Source: Kineococcus radiotolerans SRS30216 = ATCC BAA-149
GTDB taxonomy: Bacteria > Actinomycetota > Actinomycetes > Actinomycetales > Kineococcaceae
Length of the DNA: 32,000 nucleotides
Assembly: GCF_000017305.1 (NCBI RefSeq)
Contig: NC_009664.2
Location: forward strand, 630,001-662,000
Direction: 5' to 3'
Numbering within the stretch: position 1 is the stretch's first letter; each line of letters starts with the position of its first letter. Both the position numbers and the translations under genes were made by a program. The notes below the pieces were generated by a model, which searched no databases, was not told the DNA's origin, and worked only from the letters and a program-made list of their open reading frames with translations. Positions 1-6,858 of the stretch are shown piece by piece.

Positions 1-517
1 CGATGACCGGGCGCTGGGCGTCGGCGATGTTGTTCAGCGCCTCCCAGGCCATGCCGCCGGTCAGCGCGCCGTCGCCGATGACGGCCACGACGCGGCGCCC
101 GTGCTCGCCCTGGCTCTCCCCGCGCAGCTCGAAGGCCTTGGCCAGGCCGTCGGCCCAGGACAGCGAGGTGGAGGCGTGGGAGTTCTCCACCACGTCGTGC
201 TCGCTCTCGGCGCGCGAGGGGTACCCGGCCAGCCCGCCGGCCTCGCGCAGCCGGGAGAAGTCCTGCCGGCCGGTGAGGAGCTTGTGCACGTAGCTCTGGT
301 GCCCGGTGTCGAGGACCAGCCGGTCGCGGGGGGAGTCGAAGACGCGGTGCAGCGCGATGGTCAGCTCGACGACGCCGAGGTTGGGCCCCAGGTGCCCGCC
401 GGTGCGGCTGACCGCGTCGACGAGGAAGGCGCGGACCTCCTCGGCGAGGGCGGGCAGCTCCTCGGCGGGCAGGGACTTGAGGTCCTGGGGCCCCTTGATG
501 GTCTCGAGCAGCCCCAT
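1..517 (-). CDS. dxs: 1-deoxy-D-xylulose-5-phosphate synthase, N-terminal part (the gene continues beyond the window start)
   Basis: Reverse translation from CAT at 515-517 gives [16 protein letters not shown]...[21 protein letters not shown]...[15 protein letters not shown]...[17 protein letters not shown], the typical TPP-binding N-terminus of Dxs. AGGAGG lies 9 nt upstream of the ATG. The ORF is absent from the track because it runs off the edge. Confidence 0.9.
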   Translation of the reverse strand, partial: MGLLETIKGPQDLKSLPAEELPALAEEVRAFLVDAVSRTGGHLGPNLGVVELTIALHRVFDSPRDRLVLDTGHQSYVHKLLTGRQDFSRLREAGGLAGYPSRAESEHDVVENSHASTSLSWADGLAKAFELRGESQGEHGRRVVAVIGDGALTGGMAWEALNNIADAQRPVI

Positions 518-612
518 GCGGGGTGGCCTCCTGGGTCGCGGGGTCGGGCAGGACGTCGTGGTGGGTCGGACGGGGCGAGTGTAGGAGCCGCGCCGGGGCC
601 CGGGGCCGCAGA

Positions 613-643
613 CCGCCCGTGCGGGCGAAGCGTTCACGGGCGG
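613..643 (-). terminator. Stem-loop directly after the stop of the 645..1025 gene
   Basis: CCGCCCGTG (613-621) and CACGGGCGG (635-643) are perfect reverse complements with a 13-nt loop. The hairpin starts 2 nt beyond the TGA at 645-647. There is no U-tract, which is common in high-GC actinobacteria. Confidence 0.5.
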
Positions 644-644
644 C

Positions 645-1025
645 TCACATCCGGGGCACGAACCGGCGCCCGCGCACGGCCTGCTCCAGCAGGTCCACCG
701 CCCGGGCCAGCCGGCGCAGCCGCAGCTCCTCGCGGTCGAGGACGTCGAAGAGCCGGGGGGCGACCTCGGGGGGCAGCTCCTGCGACAGGTCCCGGCGGGC
801 GGTGCTGCGGGCCGCGCGCAGGGCCTCCTGCTGGGCCCGGACGTGGTGGGCGACCAGCCAGGCCAGCAGCAGCGGGTGGTGGCGCACCACGGCGTAGGAG
901 CGGAACTCCGGGGGCGCCTGGTCCAGCAGCCAGGTCACCGCGTCGGCCTGCCACTCCCCCGCGCCCGGGGGCGGCACCTCCTGGGGCCACCCCGGCGGGC
1001 CGTGCCGCGGCCGTGGTTCGAACAC
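645..1025 (-). CDS. Hypothetical protein (126 aa), family not recognised
   Basis: Only the last 126 codons of track ORF 645..1256 look protein-like (...[50 protein letters not shown]...). The upstream part is Arg/Pro-rich read-through. GTG at 1025-1023 is preceded by AGGA 8 nt upstream. Confidence 0.6.
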   Translation of the reverse strand: MFEPRPRHGPPGWPQEVPPPGAGEWQADAVTWLLDQAPPEFRSYAVVRHHPLLLAWLVAHHVRAQQEALRAARSTARRDLSQELPPEVAPRLFDVLDREELRLRRLARAVDLLEQAVRGRRFVPRM

Positions 1026-1051
1026 GGGTTCGATCCTACGGCGCCGGGGCG

Positions 1052-1177
1052 TCAGGGGCTGACGGCGCTGACGACCTCCCGGGTCGTGCTCACGTGGGAG
1101 GTCACCTCGGCGGCGGGCACCGCGGCGACGAGGCAGGCGACGGCGCCGAGGCCGGCGAGGGCGAGGGCGAATCTCAT
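1052..1177 (-). CDS. Small ORF (41 aa) with an N-terminal signal-peptide-like segment; possible small secreted or lipid-anchored peptide
   Basis: Not in the ORF track (presumably too short). The reverse complement reads ATG AGA TTC GCC ... CCC TGA, giving MRFALALAGLGAVACLVAAVPAAEVTSHVSTTREVVSAVSP. Every sense codon except the initiator ATG and AGA ends in G/C, whereas both overlapping track frames are Arg-rich. It has a charged N-terminus, a hydrophobic core, a relaxed lipobox-like AVAC and a VPA-A cleavage-like site. Confidence 0.4.
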   Translation of the reverse strand: MRFALALAGLGAVACLVAAVPAAEVTSHVSTTREVVSAVSP

Positions 1178-1286
1178 GGCGGGCACCCCGGGGGGTCGGA
1201 CGGGACGGGACCCCCTGGTGATCGGCCGCGACGGCGGCGGGGCTGAGCCCGTTCACCGTCGCGGCCGACCGCCGTCACGCAGCGTC

Positions 1287-1309
1287 GACCCGTCCCGCCC
1301 GGACGGGTC
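1287..1309 (-). terminator. Stem-loop downstream of the nucleotidyltransferase/TagF operon
   Basis: GACCCGTCC (1287-1295) and GGACGGGTC (1301-1309) form a perfect 9-bp stem with a 5-nt loop, about 27 nt beyond the stop at 1336. Confidence 0.5.
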
Positions 1310-1335
1310 AGGGACGGGCCGGGGGCGTCACCCCC

Positions 1336-2079
1336 TCAGCGGAGGAGGGGGTCCAGCCGCAGGTGGTCGGCCTCGATGCGGTCCGCGCGCTGCAGGTCCT
1401 CCTCGAAGTCGACCTCGACGACGTCGAACCTGGACACGTCCACGGGGGCGACGTGCAGGCCGCGGCGGGCGATGGCCGTCTCCAGGCCCCGCTCGAAGTA
1501 GTCGTCGTCGGCGCAGGCGCGCAGCTCCTCGACGAGGACCGCCTTGTCACGGGAGGAGACGTGGTTGATGCCGACCGCCTCCCCGAGGCCGCCGCGCACC
1601 GTCTTGGACAGCTCCCGCACGAAGCCCTCGGCGTCGACGGTGTACTTGACCTCCTCCTCGGCGACGGAGGCGGTGTTCACGCAGACGAACGTCTCGTCGC
1701 GGTCCAGCCACGGCTGGACGTGGCGCAGGATGCGCGGGTCGAAGACCACGTCGCCGTTCATCCACAGCACGCCCCCGGGGTGGGAGGTCTCCAGGGCGCG
1801 CAGCAGGCTCTTGGAGGTGTTCGTGGAGTCGAACCGCTCGTTGTAGACGAAGCGCAGGTCCGGGTGGGCCTCCATGACGACGGTGGCCTTGAACCCGACG
1901 ACGACGGTGACGCGCACCTCCGCCGACAGCGCGGAGCGCAGGTGGTCCACCTGCTGGCGCATGATCGTGCGCCCGTCGCGCAGCACGGTCTGGGACTTCG
2001 GCAGCGGGCGCCCGAGCCGGGTGCCCAGGCCCGCGGCGAGGACGACGGCCTGCACGGTGCCGTCCGCGGTGCGGTTCAC
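1336..2079 (-). CDS. Sugar/alcohol-phosphate nucleotidyltransferase (NTP_transferase fold, LicC/cytidylyltransferase-like), 247 aa
   Basis: The C-terminal part of track ORF 1336..3669 reads VNRTADGTVQAVVLAAGLGTRLGRPLPKSQTVL... It carries the G-x-G-T-R-x(n)-PK nucleotide-binding signature. The GTG start at 2079 overlaps the upstream stop as GTGA (2076-2079). Confidence 0.75.
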   Translation of the reverse strand: MNRTADGTVQAVVLAAGLGTRLGRPLPKSQTVLRDGRTIMRQQVDHLRSALSAEVRVTVVVGFKATVVMEAHPDLRFVYNERFDSTNTSKSLLRALETSHPGGVLWMNGDVVFDPRILRHVQPWLDRDETFVCVNTASVAEEEVKYTVDAEGFVRELSKTVRGGLGEAVGINHVSSRDKAVLVEELRACADDDYFERGLETAIARRGLHVAPVDVSRFDVVEVDFEEDLQRADRIEADHLRLDPLLR

Positions 2080-3173
2080 GCGCCCACCCCCGCGGTGGCC
2101 GGGGCGAGGAGGAGGTCGAGGACGCGGTCGGCGGCGCGGCCGTCCTCGGCGTGGCAGAAGCGGGCCCGGAACGCCTCGTAGCGCTCCTGCCACGCGACCT
2201 GGACCCCGTCCAGGTCGGCGAGGGCGTCGAGGACCTCCTCGCAGGTCTGCAGCACCGGGCCGGGCGCGATCTCGAGCAGGTCGAAGTAGAAGCCGCGGAC
2301 CACGTCGCGGTAGTGCTCGAGGTCGTAGGCGAAGAACAGGATCGGCCGGCCGGTGAGGGCGAAGTCGAACACCGCCGAGGAGTAGTCGCTCACCAGGACG
2401 TCCGCGGCCAGGTACAGGTCGTTGACGTCGGGGTGCTCGGAGACGTCGACGACCCCGGCGACCCGGCGCCCGCGCAGGGTCTCGGGCACCAGGTGGTGCA
2501 GGCGCAGGAGGAGCACGTGGTCCTCCCCCAGGCGCTGCGCGAAGCGGTCGGGGTCCAGGGGCAGGCGGGCGTCGGGGTCGCCGCCGGTGGCGCGGTCGTC
2601 GTCGCGCCAGGTGGGGGCGTACAGGACGGCGGTGCGCCCCGGTTCGATCCCCAGCGCCGCGCGCACCCGCTCGCGGCGCTCGCCGGCGTCGGGGGCCAGC
2701 AGCGCGTCGTTGCGCGGGTACCCCGTCACGGGGACCTCGCCGGTGACGCCGAAGGCGGCGCGCAGGGGGACGGCGCCGGCGGCGCTGGGCCCGAGCAGGA
2801 CGTCCCAGCGGGTGACGTCGTCGTCGAGGCGCGCCAGCACGGCCTCGTTCCCGTGGGCCTGGTTGATCGCGTCGCGGTGGATGCGCTTCAGCGGCGTCCC
2901 GTGCCAGGTCTGCAGGTAGGTCGCCCCCGGGGCCTTGGTGAAGGGCGGCAGGTGGTTGTCGGCGACGACGACGTCGGCCGACTCCAGCGCGGCGAGGGCC
3001 GCGGGGGTGCCGAGGGGGACGGTGGTGGTGCCGACGGGGAAGGAGCCGGCGTGGCGGGGGTCGGCCAGCCAGACGTGCTCGACGCCGGTGACCCCGCGGG
3101 ACAGCGCCCGCCAGTGCAGGGCTCGCGGGTTGTCGGAGTAACGGCCCCCGAAGCTGTAGTAGACGATCTTCAC
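2076..3173 (-). CDS. CDP-glycerol/CDP-ribitol glycerophosphotransferase family protein (TagB/TagF-like), 365 aa
   Basis: VKIVYYSFGGRYSDNPRAL..., YAPTWRDD and VSDYSSAVFDFALTGRPILFFAYDLEHY are motifs I recognise from TagF-family enzymes. The start is set at GTG 3173, because the upstream 39 codons of the track ORF are Arg/Gly/Thr-rich. Confidence 0.8.
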   Translation of the reverse strand: MKIVYYSFGGRYSDNPRALHWRALSRGVTGVEHVWLADPRHAGSFPVGTTTVPLGTPAALAALESADVVVADNHLPPFTKAPGATYLQTWHGTPLKRIHRDAINQAHGNEAVLARLDDDVTRWDVLLGPSAAGAVPLRAAFGVTGEVPVTGYPRNDALLAPDAGERRERVRAALGIEPGRTAVLYAPTWRDDDRATGGDPDARLPLDPDRFAQRLGEDHVLLLRLHHLVPETLRGRRVAGVVDVSEHPDVNDLYLAADVLVSDYSSAVFDFALTGRPILFFAYDLEHYRDVVRGFYFDLLEIAPGPVLQTCEEVLDALADLDGVQVAWQERYEAFRARFCHAEDGRAADRVLDLLLAPATAGVGA

Positions 3174-3417
3174 GTTCTTCTCTCTGTCGACGCCGGTGGT
3201 CGGGCCCGTCGTGGTGGCCCTGTCCGTCCGCAGTGTGGGTCCTGCGCGTCCGCGGCGACGATTCGCGCCCCCGTCCGGGGGCCCGATCACCCCGACGGGA
3301 GCACCGGCCCGGACCGGGGGTTACCCACCCACCACGAGGAGTCACCGGAGGGGCGGGGTCGCCCGGTCGCCCGGGCGGCGCATCCAGCCCGGGCGCCACC
3401 GACCCGACGACTCCTGC

Positions 3418-3807
3418 ATGTTCTCCTCCATCCCGCCGGGGAGCCGCGTCGTCGGCTTCTCCCGCGAGGGCGGCTGGTGCCAGGCGCCGCTGTGCCGGCA
3501 CGCCCTGCCCACCGGTTCGGCCCTGGTCGCGACCCCGGACGGCGCGCTCCTGCACCTGGCCCCGGCGTGCGTGCGCCGGGTCCTCGGCGTGCCGCTCACC
3601 CTGGAGGACCTGCAGGCGGTCGAGGCCCGCCGCCACGCCGCCTTCGTCATGGGGCTGGCCTTCGTCCACGCCGCCTTCGTCGGGCAGGACCGCGACCTGT
3701 GCGCGCGGATCGCGACGTCGCTGGACCGGCTGGCCCCGGCCACGGTGGCCGAGCGGATCGTCCTGGAGGCGGCGCGCTCGCGGCTCGAGGCGGCCCTAGC
3801 CTGCTGA
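3418..3807 (+). CDS. Hypothetical protein A (129 aa, 5 Cys), family not recognised
   Basis: Frame of track ORF 3196..3807. From ATG 3418 the translation is MFSSIPPGSRVVGFSREGGWCQAPLCRH...RIVLEAARSRLEAALAC with near-total GC3. The two other overlapping track frames are Arg/Pro/Ser-rich. No clear RBS, so the start is uncertain. Confidence 0.6.
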   Translation: MFSSIPPGSRVVGFSREGGWCQAPLCRHALPTGSALVATPDGALLHLAPACVRRVLGVPLTLEDLQAVEARRHAAFVMGLAFVHAAFVGQDRDLCARIATSLDRLAPATVAERIVLEAARSRLEAALAC

Positions 3808-3808
3808 G

Positions 3809-4288
3809 GTGCCGCCCTCGATCGACCACCCCCACCAGCGCTACTCCGTCAGCGGCTACCAGGAGGACCCCGACGCCCCGGAGGACGCCGAGGTCGTCGC
3901 CTGGTCCTGCGACCTGCTGCGCTTCGGCCAGAGCTTCGGGCTGGTCGGCAACCGCGGCCTGGGCGGCGCCAACGACTACTCGTTCACCGACGCCGGGCGC
4001 GGGGAGGAGTTCTGCGCGGCGGCGCGCGCGCTGCACCCGGGCGCCGCGCACCCGGAGGACGTGCTGGTCGACGAGCTCGTGACGATCCGGCAGATGGACT
4101 CCCTCGACCGGATCGCCTACTGCCTGGAGGGCGACCGGTTCGAGGAGCTCGGCGAGCACCGGCTGGCCGAGCCGGGCCTCACCCTCGGGCAGGTCCGGCG
4201 CTGGCTGGCCGAGGACTTCGCCGACCGCCGGCCGCGGGTCTGGGACCGCGCGCGCTCGGCGATGGTGCCGGTCCTGCCCGAGGGGTGA
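3809..4288 (+). CDS. Hypothetical protein B (159 aa, acidic), family not recognised
   Basis: Track ORF. The GTG start is 1 nt after the TGA of protein A (3805-3807). Nearly every codon ends in G/C. Sequence is ...VVAWSCDLLRFGQSFGLVGNRGLGGANDYSF...LVTIRQMDSLDRIAYCLEGDRFEELGEHRL... Confidence 0.8.
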   Translation: MPPSIDHPHQRYSVSGYQEDPDAPEDAEVVAWSCDLLRFGQSFGLVGNRGLGGANDYSFTDAGRGEEFCAAARALHPGAAHPEDVLVDELVTIRQMDSLDRIAYCLEGDRFEELGEHRLAEPGLTLGQVRRWLAEDFADRRPRVWDRARSAMVPVLPEG

Positions 4289-4292
4289 GGGG

Positions 4293-4850
4293 TCAGGCCG
4301 CGGCGGGCCGGGTGGCGGCGACGAGCCCGTCGAGGACGGCGGTGAGCTTCTCCACGACCTCGGCGTCGTCCTTGGGGTGCAGCTCGGCGAAGCGGACGAC
4401 CGAGCCGGGGATCGCCATGGAGACCTCGGTGAGCACGTTCGCGCCGGCGATGCCGAAGGCCTTGCGGGCGTCGTCCTGGGCCCAGACCCCGCCGTACTGG
4501 CCGAAGGCGGAACCGATCGCGACGAGCGGCTTGCCGTTCAGCGGGCTGGCGCCGTAGGGGCGCGAGGCCCAGTCGATGGCGTTCTTCAGCACGGCGGGGA
4601 CGGTGCCGTTGTGCTCGGGGGTGACGACGAGGACGGCGTCGGCGGCGGTGATCGCGGCGCGGAAGGCGGCGACGGGCGCGGGCACGGAGCCCTCGACGTC
4701 GACGTCCTCGTTGTAGAAGGGCAGGTCGCCCAGACCCTCGTGGATGGTCAGGTCGACGCCCTCGGGCGCGAGCTGGACCGCGGTCTCGGCGATCTGACGG
4801 TTTGTGGAGGCGGCGCGCAGGCTGCCCACCAGCACCAGGACGTTGGTCAT
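4293..4850 (-). CDS. NAD(P)H-dependent FMN reductase family oxidoreductase (185 aa)
   Basis: MTNVLVLVGSLRAASTNRQIA...LPFYNEDVD...AVLVVTPEHNGTVPAVLKNAIDWASRP is typical of the flavodoxin-like FMN_red family. GAGGAG lies 7 nt upstream of the ATG. Confidence 0.85.
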   Translation of the reverse strand: MTNVLVLVGSLRAASTNRQIAETAVQLAPEGVDLTIHEGLGDLPFYNEDVDVEGSVPAPVAAFRAAITAADAVLVVTPEHNGTVPAVLKNAIDWASRPYGASPLNGKPLVAIGSAFGQYGGVWAQDDARKAFGIAGANVLTEVSMAIPGSVVRFAELHPKDDAEVVEKLTAVLDGLVAATRPAAA

Positions 4851-4880
4851 CGGGAGTCTCCTCGGGAAGGCGGTGTTGAT

Positions 4881-4896
4881 GCGGACTGTAGTCCGC
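4881..4896. promoter_or_regulatory. Palindromic operator candidate in the divergent FMN-reductase/TetR intergenic region
   Basis: GCGGACT-GT-AGTCCGC has perfect 7-bp inverted arms with a 2-nt spacer. It sits in a locally AT-richer stretch between ATG 4850 (minus strand) and GTG 4948 (plus strand). Confidence 0.55.
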
Positions 4897-4947
4897 TTCT
4901 ACTCCCACCTTCAAGCACCCGTGGTCCCGACGGCCTACGCTCCCCCC

Positions 4948-5562
4948 GTGCCCCGCCCCGTCAGCCTCCTCGGCAGCCCCCCGGTGCCCGAGCGCGCCGA
5001 CGCGACCCGCAACCGGGAACTGCTGCTGCGCACCGCCCGCGCCCTCCTCGACGAGCACGGCGCCGCCGGGCTCAGCATGGACGCGCTGGCCGCCGCGGCC
5101 GGTCTGGGCAAGGGCACCGTCTTCCGCCGCTTCGGTTCGCGCGCAGGGCTCTTCGCCGCCCTGCTCGACGAGCATGAGCGCGACTTCCAGGCCGCCTGCC
5201 TGTGGGGCCCGCCCCCGCTGGGCCCCGGCGCCGACCCGGTCGACCGGCTGGTGGCCTTCGGCCACGAGAGGCTGGACCTCCTCGCCCGGCGGGGCCACCT
5301 CGTCCGCGAGGCCGACGCGCACCTGACCCGCGGCGCGAACGCGCCCGCCGCCTTCGCCCGCCTGCACGTGCGGGTCCTGCTGCAGGCCGCGGGGGTGGGG
5401 GGTGACGTCGAGGTCCTGGCGTTCAACCTGCTGGCCGTCCTGGAGGCCCCGCTGGCCCGCCACGTCGAGCGGGCCCCCGACGGCCCCGCCCAGCCGTCCC
5501 CGCAGCGCCTGGCCGCCGGGTGGACGGACCTGGTCCGGCGCGTGGTGCGCCCCGGCGGCTGA
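4948..5562 (+). CDS. TetR/AcrR family transcriptional regulator (204 aa)
   Basis: RADATRNRELLLRTARALLDEHGAAGLSMDALAAAAGLGKGTVFRRFGSRAGL is the TetR N-terminal HTH signature. The start is set at GTG 4948. The upstream track codons have low GC3 and would include the operator. Confidence 0.85.
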   Translation: MPRPVSLLGSPPVPERADATRNRELLLRTARALLDEHGAAGLSMDALAAAAGLGKGTVFRRFGSRAGLFAALLDEHERDFQAACLWGPPPLGPGADPVDRLVAFGHERLDLLARRGHLVREADAHLTRGANAPAAFARLHVRVLLQAAGVGGDVEVLAFNLLAVLEAPLARHVERAPDGPAQPSPQRLAAGWTDLVRRVVRPGG

Positions 5563-5602
5563 AGGGGCGAGCCCGCCCCGGCGGGGCGTACCCGGCGCGG
5601 CG

Positions 5603-6010
5603 TCAGGACAGGACGAACCAGACGGTCTTGCCCGCGTCGGCGCGCTCGACGCCCCAGCGGTCGGAGATGATGTCGACCAGCGCCACCCCGCGCCCGCCCT
5701 CGGCCTCCGGGGGCGCGTCCCGGCGCACCGGGGGGTGGGGGTCGCCGTCGGAGACCGCGACCTGCAGCCCGGCCCCGTCGGCGCCGCCGCAGGAGACCCG
5801 CACCCGCACCGGCGGGGCCCCGTGCCGCACGGCGTTGGTCACCAGCTCCGAGACGAGCAGCTGCGCCTCCTCCAGCACCCGCGCGTGGTGCTCGGCGCAG
5901 TGGGCCTCGCTGAGGAAGGTGCGGGCCCGCCGGGCCGAGTGCTCCTCGTCGGGAAGCGTGATCTCCGCCGTCGGGGTCGCCTCGCACACCCGCTCATCCA
6001 ACCAGGTCAC
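5603..6010 (-). CDS. RsbW/SpoIIAB-type anti-sigma-factor-like serine kinase (HATPase_c fold), 135 aa
   Basis: LLVSELVTNAVRHG (N-box), LQVAVSDGDP and GGRGVALVDIISDRWGV (G-boxes). The GTG start overlaps the HDOD gene stop as GTGA at 6007-6010. Confidence 0.8.
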   Translation of the reverse strand: MTWLDERVCEATPTAEITLPDEEHSARRARTFLSEAHCAEHHARVLEEAQLLVSELVTNAVRHGAPPVRVRVSCGGADGAGLQVAVSDGDPHPPVRRDAPPEAEGGRGVALVDIISDRWGVERADAGKTVWFVLS

Positions 6011-6858
6011 GACGTCAGCAGCTGCACCAGTTCACCGGCGGTGCGCACGACCCCCGGGCGCAGCGCGTCCAGCTCGGCGTCGCGCACGTGACCCGAGCTC
6101 AGCTGGTCCGCCGGGCGCGGGGTCCGGGCGGGGTCCAGGGCCCGCTCGGCCAGCTCCAGCCCCAGCCGCACCGACGTCGCCAGCGGCCCGGCCCACCCGG
6201 GCCGGTCGACCTGGGCCATCGCCTCGGACAGCTCGTCCGGGAACGCCCACGCGGCCAGCGCCTCCGCCGACACCCGGGTGTGGGGAACGCCGTAGCGGCG
6301 GTTCTCCGCCGCGAGCAGCTCCTCCCGGTCGGCGGCGGCGGCGGTGAGCAGCGGGTACTCCACCGGGTCGCAGCGCACCAGCAGGGCCTGCCCCAGGCGG
6401 GCCAGCAGCCCCACCGAGAACGCGTCGGGCGCCCCCGCGCGCAACCGCGGGGCGAGCTCGGCGGCGGCCACGGCCGTCATCACGCTGCGCTCCCAGAACC
6501 CCTCCAGCGCCTCGGGGACCTCGTCCAGGCCCGCCATCGCGGACACCGCGAGGCTGCGCACGGTGGAGAACCCCACGACGGTGACGGCAAAGGCGGGGGC
6601 CGAGACCCGCCCCGACAACCCGAAGTAGGCGGAGTTCGCCAGCCGCAGGACCCGCGCGGTCAGGGCCGGGTCGAAGCTCAGCGTCCGGCCCAGCGAGCGC
6701 GCGTCGGAGAGGTGGTCGTCGGCCTCGGCGATGACCTTGGCCGCGACCGGGCGGTGCGAGGGCAGGTCGTCCAGCGCGGCGGAGACCCGGCCCAGGACCT
6801 CCACCGCCGCCGGCAGGGACGTGGGCACGAGCGCCGGGTCCGGCGTCGGCCCGCTCAC
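6007..6858 (-). CDS. HDOD domain protein (283 aa)
   Basis: LPSHRPVAAKVIAEADDHLSDARSLGRTLSFDPALTARVLRLANSAYFGLSGRVSAPAFAVTVVGFSTVRSLAVS matches the HDOD consensus as I recall it. The GTG start overlaps the upstream stop as GTGA at 6855-6858. Confidence 0.8.
   Translation of the reverse strand: MSGPTPDPALVPTSLPAAVEVLGRVSAALDDLPSHRPVAAKVIAEADDHLSDARSLGRTLSFDPALTARVLRLANSAYFGLSGRVSAPAFAVTVVGFSTVRSLAVSAMAGLDEVPEALEGFWERSVMTAVAAAELAPRLRAGAPDAFSVGLLARLGQALLVRCDPVEYPLLTAAAADREELLAAENRRYGVPHTRVSAEALAAWAFPDELSEAMAQVDRPGWAGPLATSVRLGLELAERALDPARTPRPADQLSSGHVRDAELDALRPGVVRTAGELVQLLTS

Noticed and set aside
1336-3669. Track ORF of 777 aa spanning the nucleotidyltransferase and TagF regions.
   Set aside because: Upstream of GTG 2079 the translation is a poly-Arg/Pro/Gly shadow of the real TagF frame (2076-3173). 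Only the C-terminal 247 codons carry recognisable motifs.
4804-4947. Earlier starts for the TetR gene (track start 4804, or ATG 4879).
   Set aside because: These codons have low GC3, and they would place the palindromic operator and the divergent promoter region inside the coding sequence. The HTH begins shortly after GTG 4948.
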